A DNA stretch of 64,000 bases from Octopus sinensis (taxonomy: Eukaryota), in contig NC_043005.1 in NCBI RefSeq assembly GCF_006345805.1, positions 5,642,001 through 5,706,000 on the forward strand. The letters are read 5' to 3'. The notes under the pieces are model-generated. The model was not told the DNA's origin, searched no databases, and worked only from the letters and a program-made list of their open reading frames with translations. A program made the translations under genes and the position numbers. Of the stretch, positions 60,742 to 64,000 are shown piece by piece; position 1 is the stretch's first letter, and the number at the start of each line of letters is the position of its first letter.

Positions 60742-61102
60742 AAGACAGCTCATGCCGTCAAACACAAGAAATTCATTTATAATACACAACGGAGTCAGAC
60801 ATCTTAGAGTTCATGTATAGTTGATATATAGTTCATGTATAGTTGATATATAGTTTGAAGTATATGTTCAAAGTGTTCAATGCAGTGGCCCACGGTGGCG
60901 ATACGTATTCAATACAAAAAACAGATCAAAGTGGTGGAAAGCGGTCAATACAGAAGATTGATGTTTCCGAAAGAGCGAGGAATTCATTTTTACCTTAAGC
61001 AAATGTGATGACCCATGGTGGATGTTCGCTGGGTGGTTCTAATGAGTTTTTGTGAAGTGCTCGGTTTTATAATGCTTGTTAGGTGGTCAATCCAGCGTAG
61101 CG

Positions 61103-61528
61103 TGACGTCATCAACGTTTTGACCAATCGTTTCGTTAGGTGGCTTTAGTCAAGTAGAACGGGACGTCATCATTATTTTGACCAATCGCTGCATTATAACT
61201 GCCTCTTGTTTGTTTCCTGTTTTGACCAGTCGCTTCGTTAGTCAAGTAGAACGGGACGTCATCATTATTTTGACCAATCGCTGCATTATAACTGCCTCTT
61301 GTTTGTTTCCTGTTTTGACCAGTCGCTTCGTTAGTCAAGCAGAACGGGACGTCATGCAGATTCTGCCCAATCACGACTTATAGCTACATTAGATCTGCCC
61401 CCTGTCTGTACTTGTTAGGTGACTATTCAAGCAGAAAAGGACGTCATCAATATTCTGACTAATGACTGTCCCCTGTTTGTATCCTGTCCATTCTAGCTGA
61501 GCTAGACGTCATCAACTTGTTGACCAAT
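61103..61528. promoter_or_regulatory. Six GACGTCA-N12-CCAAT (CRE-like + CCAAT box) modules
   Basis: GACGTCA at 61104, 61162, 61255, 61348, 61440 and 61505; CCAAT (CTAAT in the fifth) exactly 19 nt downstream of each start. Confidence 0.7.
61145..61355. repeat. 93-bp tandem repeat, about 2.3 copies
   Basis: The unit tcaagtagaacgggacgtcatc...cgcttcgttag starts at 61149, 61242 and 61335; the first two units are identical. Confidence 0.95.
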
Positions 61529-64000
61529 CAGAATCGGGTCTGAACCTTAGCTGTATCGTATGTATCAGGGTCAGATTTGCACGAAAGAATTTTTTTCCTT
61601 TTTTACTTAGGCATATTTCCGTCAGAGTGAGTGTCTGTTTGAAGTAGCGGCCGTGGTGGAATTTTGCTTCTCCTTTTCGGAGGACTTATCTTTTGTTTTA
61701 GTATTCCTGGCCCAGGGTGTTTAAACTTGGTCTAAATTTTTTTATGAAATATAGTTCTTTATTTTGGCGTTGTATGAAGGTTGCGTTGTCACTGAATTTA
61801 TAGAGCGGGTTAGTTGTAAATTTCGGATTTACATTTCCAGCACATCTATCTATGTGTCCGCTGACCGGTATTTTGCGGTAATCAGGGTTTCTAATTTGTG
61901 ATTTATGCACCGCCATCCTGTTACGTAAGCTATTTTTTGTATGGCCTATATACTGCCTATTGCAGCCTGCGCATGTTATGACATAAATTAAGTTTTCTGA
62001 TGCGCAGGTGAAGTTTGTTCTAATGGTGAACTGGTGGCCTTGTTCCAGTATAAATTCTGATCCTTCTTTCAAGATGACACAGATTCCGCAGTTGGGCCTT
62101 CCACATTTTCTAACTGCTGGTTTTGTGGTTGATGTTGAGTGCAGTGTAGCTTGGGTTAAAATCCTTTTCAAGGATTTTGGATATATATATATCCACTCAC
62201 ATACATGCATGTGCACGTGCACATACACCTCTCTCTCTCTCTCTTTCAAATATATATCATCTGTGGCTCATATATCCAAAAAAGAAGCCAGAGTTCTATA
62301 TAAATGGGAGCAGACAATGCAAGCTTTTTATAGCAGAGCGAGCAAGGATCCTTAAAAATTCATGGGACCTGGAATCTCTCTTGAACACAAGACATGAGAT
62401 CTATAGTTCCTGCCCCCATTTCAAACTCTACCTGCTGCAGGCTTGGGAGTCCCTGTTTGTCGATTAGAGCTGAAAAAAGTCCTTGCAGACCAGAAACGAG
62501 TGGTGATTCACTGTTAATCCTTTGGGTCCATACGATTTGTCATCCGGACTGGTCTAAGGGAGATAACTCAATCTGTTTAAAGCTCCATCAGTGTATATTA
62601 TTCTTGGTTTATAAATTAACTGACTGCAACGGTTTTCTACTTTCAGTTAGAAGAGAGATTATATGCCCTCTGTCATTAGAGTCTCACGAGTTGTCTATAA
62701 ATCTAAGCGCTTTATAGATGCAAAATCATTGGTCACTCTATGATCAGACATATGTTTAACTGCATGTGTGTGTATATATATATATATATATAGTTTCTGT
62801 ACATGTGGTTGCTCAAAAGACTTTGAACAGAATAAACCTAACCACACATGCCCACCCTCTCACTCACTCGAATAAATGTTAACAAAGCAATTTTGTATGT
62901 ATATTTCAATTTGCCCTATCTTAGTGGGTTTACAGCCAGCTTTGCACACATATCGTTCAACTTCCTTCCATACATGTGTATCCAGGGGAAAAAAATAATA
63001 ATTTTCATGTTTTGGGTCCGGTAATAAGTACAAACAAAAATAAATATTAATCCAAAATATGAACATATGATTTTAATCGTCAGAAGTTACAAAAGTAATT
63101 CAAGCACCAAGAGTTTCGTGCATGGCACTTATCAAACTTTAAGAAGTGCCCGTGTACGATACTCTCAATCCTTAAGTCACTTTGTAACTTCTGCCAATTT
63201 AAAATTTTGTTAAATGTTTGTAATATATATATATATATTATCCAAAGTGTACAGTATTATATATCCATCATGGATATGTACATTTCAAATAATATAGCCA
63301 CTCTATCGACAGATATATCAGTGCATCTTTTTCCTGATTTATGGACATGTAGATGACTTACCTGTGTATGTGTGTGTAATGAATATGCATTTTACCAACA
63401 AATGTATAAAACCATTTCATATGCTAAATAATAAAAAAATACCTATAGTTTTTGTTTTATTAGCTAACCATGTGTGTTACAATGATCATAAATCTATAGG
63501 CAACCTTCTTATTGCACATTATCTCACACACAAGCAATGTGTTTCACATGTTGCTCATGCTGGTAGATGGAAACTAAAACAATAAATGGAGTGAGTGAGA
63601 TGGTGAATTGCAGTGACAGGTTTTGCTCTGAACTCGCTGGTATTCAAAATGGACTATCTTTCGGAGATGGTACATGATACCATTCATCCACATGTAGCAA
63701 GAATATTCAGTAATCACAGATGTCGTGATTCTCTGGAATGTTGCCCACATGATCAATGAATATGACCAATTGCAACTTCACCAGGAAAGAATATTACCCA
63801 CATAATCAACAATATCCAGCCAATCATGAGTTCACATGGAATAGGCTCCAGTGACCCATATCAATTTCTGGTGCGCGCCTTTTGGAGTCTCTCAATTGGT
63901 ATAAAATGAAATACACATGCGACACCACCCAGAAAGTTTTGGAATGTAGCAGAAAGAGCATGAGACAAGGTACGTGGATGGTGAACAGAGACGGCAGAAC

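Larger units (their letters stand above)
60622..62180 (-). mobile_element. 3' portion / pseudo-LTR of a second Penelope-like element (Neptune-type EN) inserted in (TA)n
   Basis: ORF 61698-62180: CGRPNCGIC linker, FTCASENLIYVITCAGCNRQYIGHT..RMAVH..SGH..ELYFIKKFRPSLN (GIY-YIG with CCHH); (TA)n flanks at 60591-60621 and 62181-62191. Confidence 0.85.

Noticed and set aside
61135-61383. 93-bp repeats as a CRISPR array or repeat protein
   Set aside because: The units are contiguous identical copies with no unique spacers, there are no cas genes, and the context is eukaryotic; the ORFs on both strands are by-products of a unit length divisible by 3.
62250-64000. RNase H-like (IIYTDGA) and piggyBac-like (RRWYMIPFIH) motif hints
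   Set aside because: Isolated short matches without the other catalytic motifs in register.

Overview
AT-rich, repeat-dense metazoan genomic DNA. The repeat landscape (abundant tRNA-derived SINEs, RTE, CR1 and R4/Dong LINE relics, (AAT)n/(GAT)n/(CA)n microsatellites) is most consistent with an octopod cephalopod; this is an inference, not a database result. The only protein-coding genes I can firmly support are two tandem, same-strand, three-exon paralogs encoding secreted AA15-type lytic polysaccharide monooxygenases (copper, chitin-active family): gene A join(14098..14262,14981..15353,16253..16602), 295 aa, and gene B join(32710..32874,34439..34811,38602..38915), 283 aa. Both have a 20-aa signal peptide, an intact histidine brace, an acid-free Arg/His-rich linker and a 6-Cys C-terminal module. 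Notable points: (i) the promoter plus exon 1 of the two copies is almost identical (1 mismatch in 286 bp) while exons 2-3 are well diverged, suggesting gene conversion; (ii) the usual Ala two residues before the second copper His is Thr in A and Asn in B; (iii) a relic of gene A intron 1 lies at about 48.4-48.8 kb, possibly a lost third copy; (iv) CpG decay left of about 52 kb suggests the pair sits inside a methylated host-gene body. The rest is transposon debris, including two different Penelope-like elements that each carry a decayed hammerhead-like motif, one of them with six fixed-spacing GACGTCA-N12-CCAAT modules, plus Helitron, Tc1, MITE/foldback elements and several long hairpins. No CRISPR array, rRNA or intact tRNA gene was seen. 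All alignments and counts were done by eye; repeat boundaries are approximate unless a TSD or TIR is quoted.
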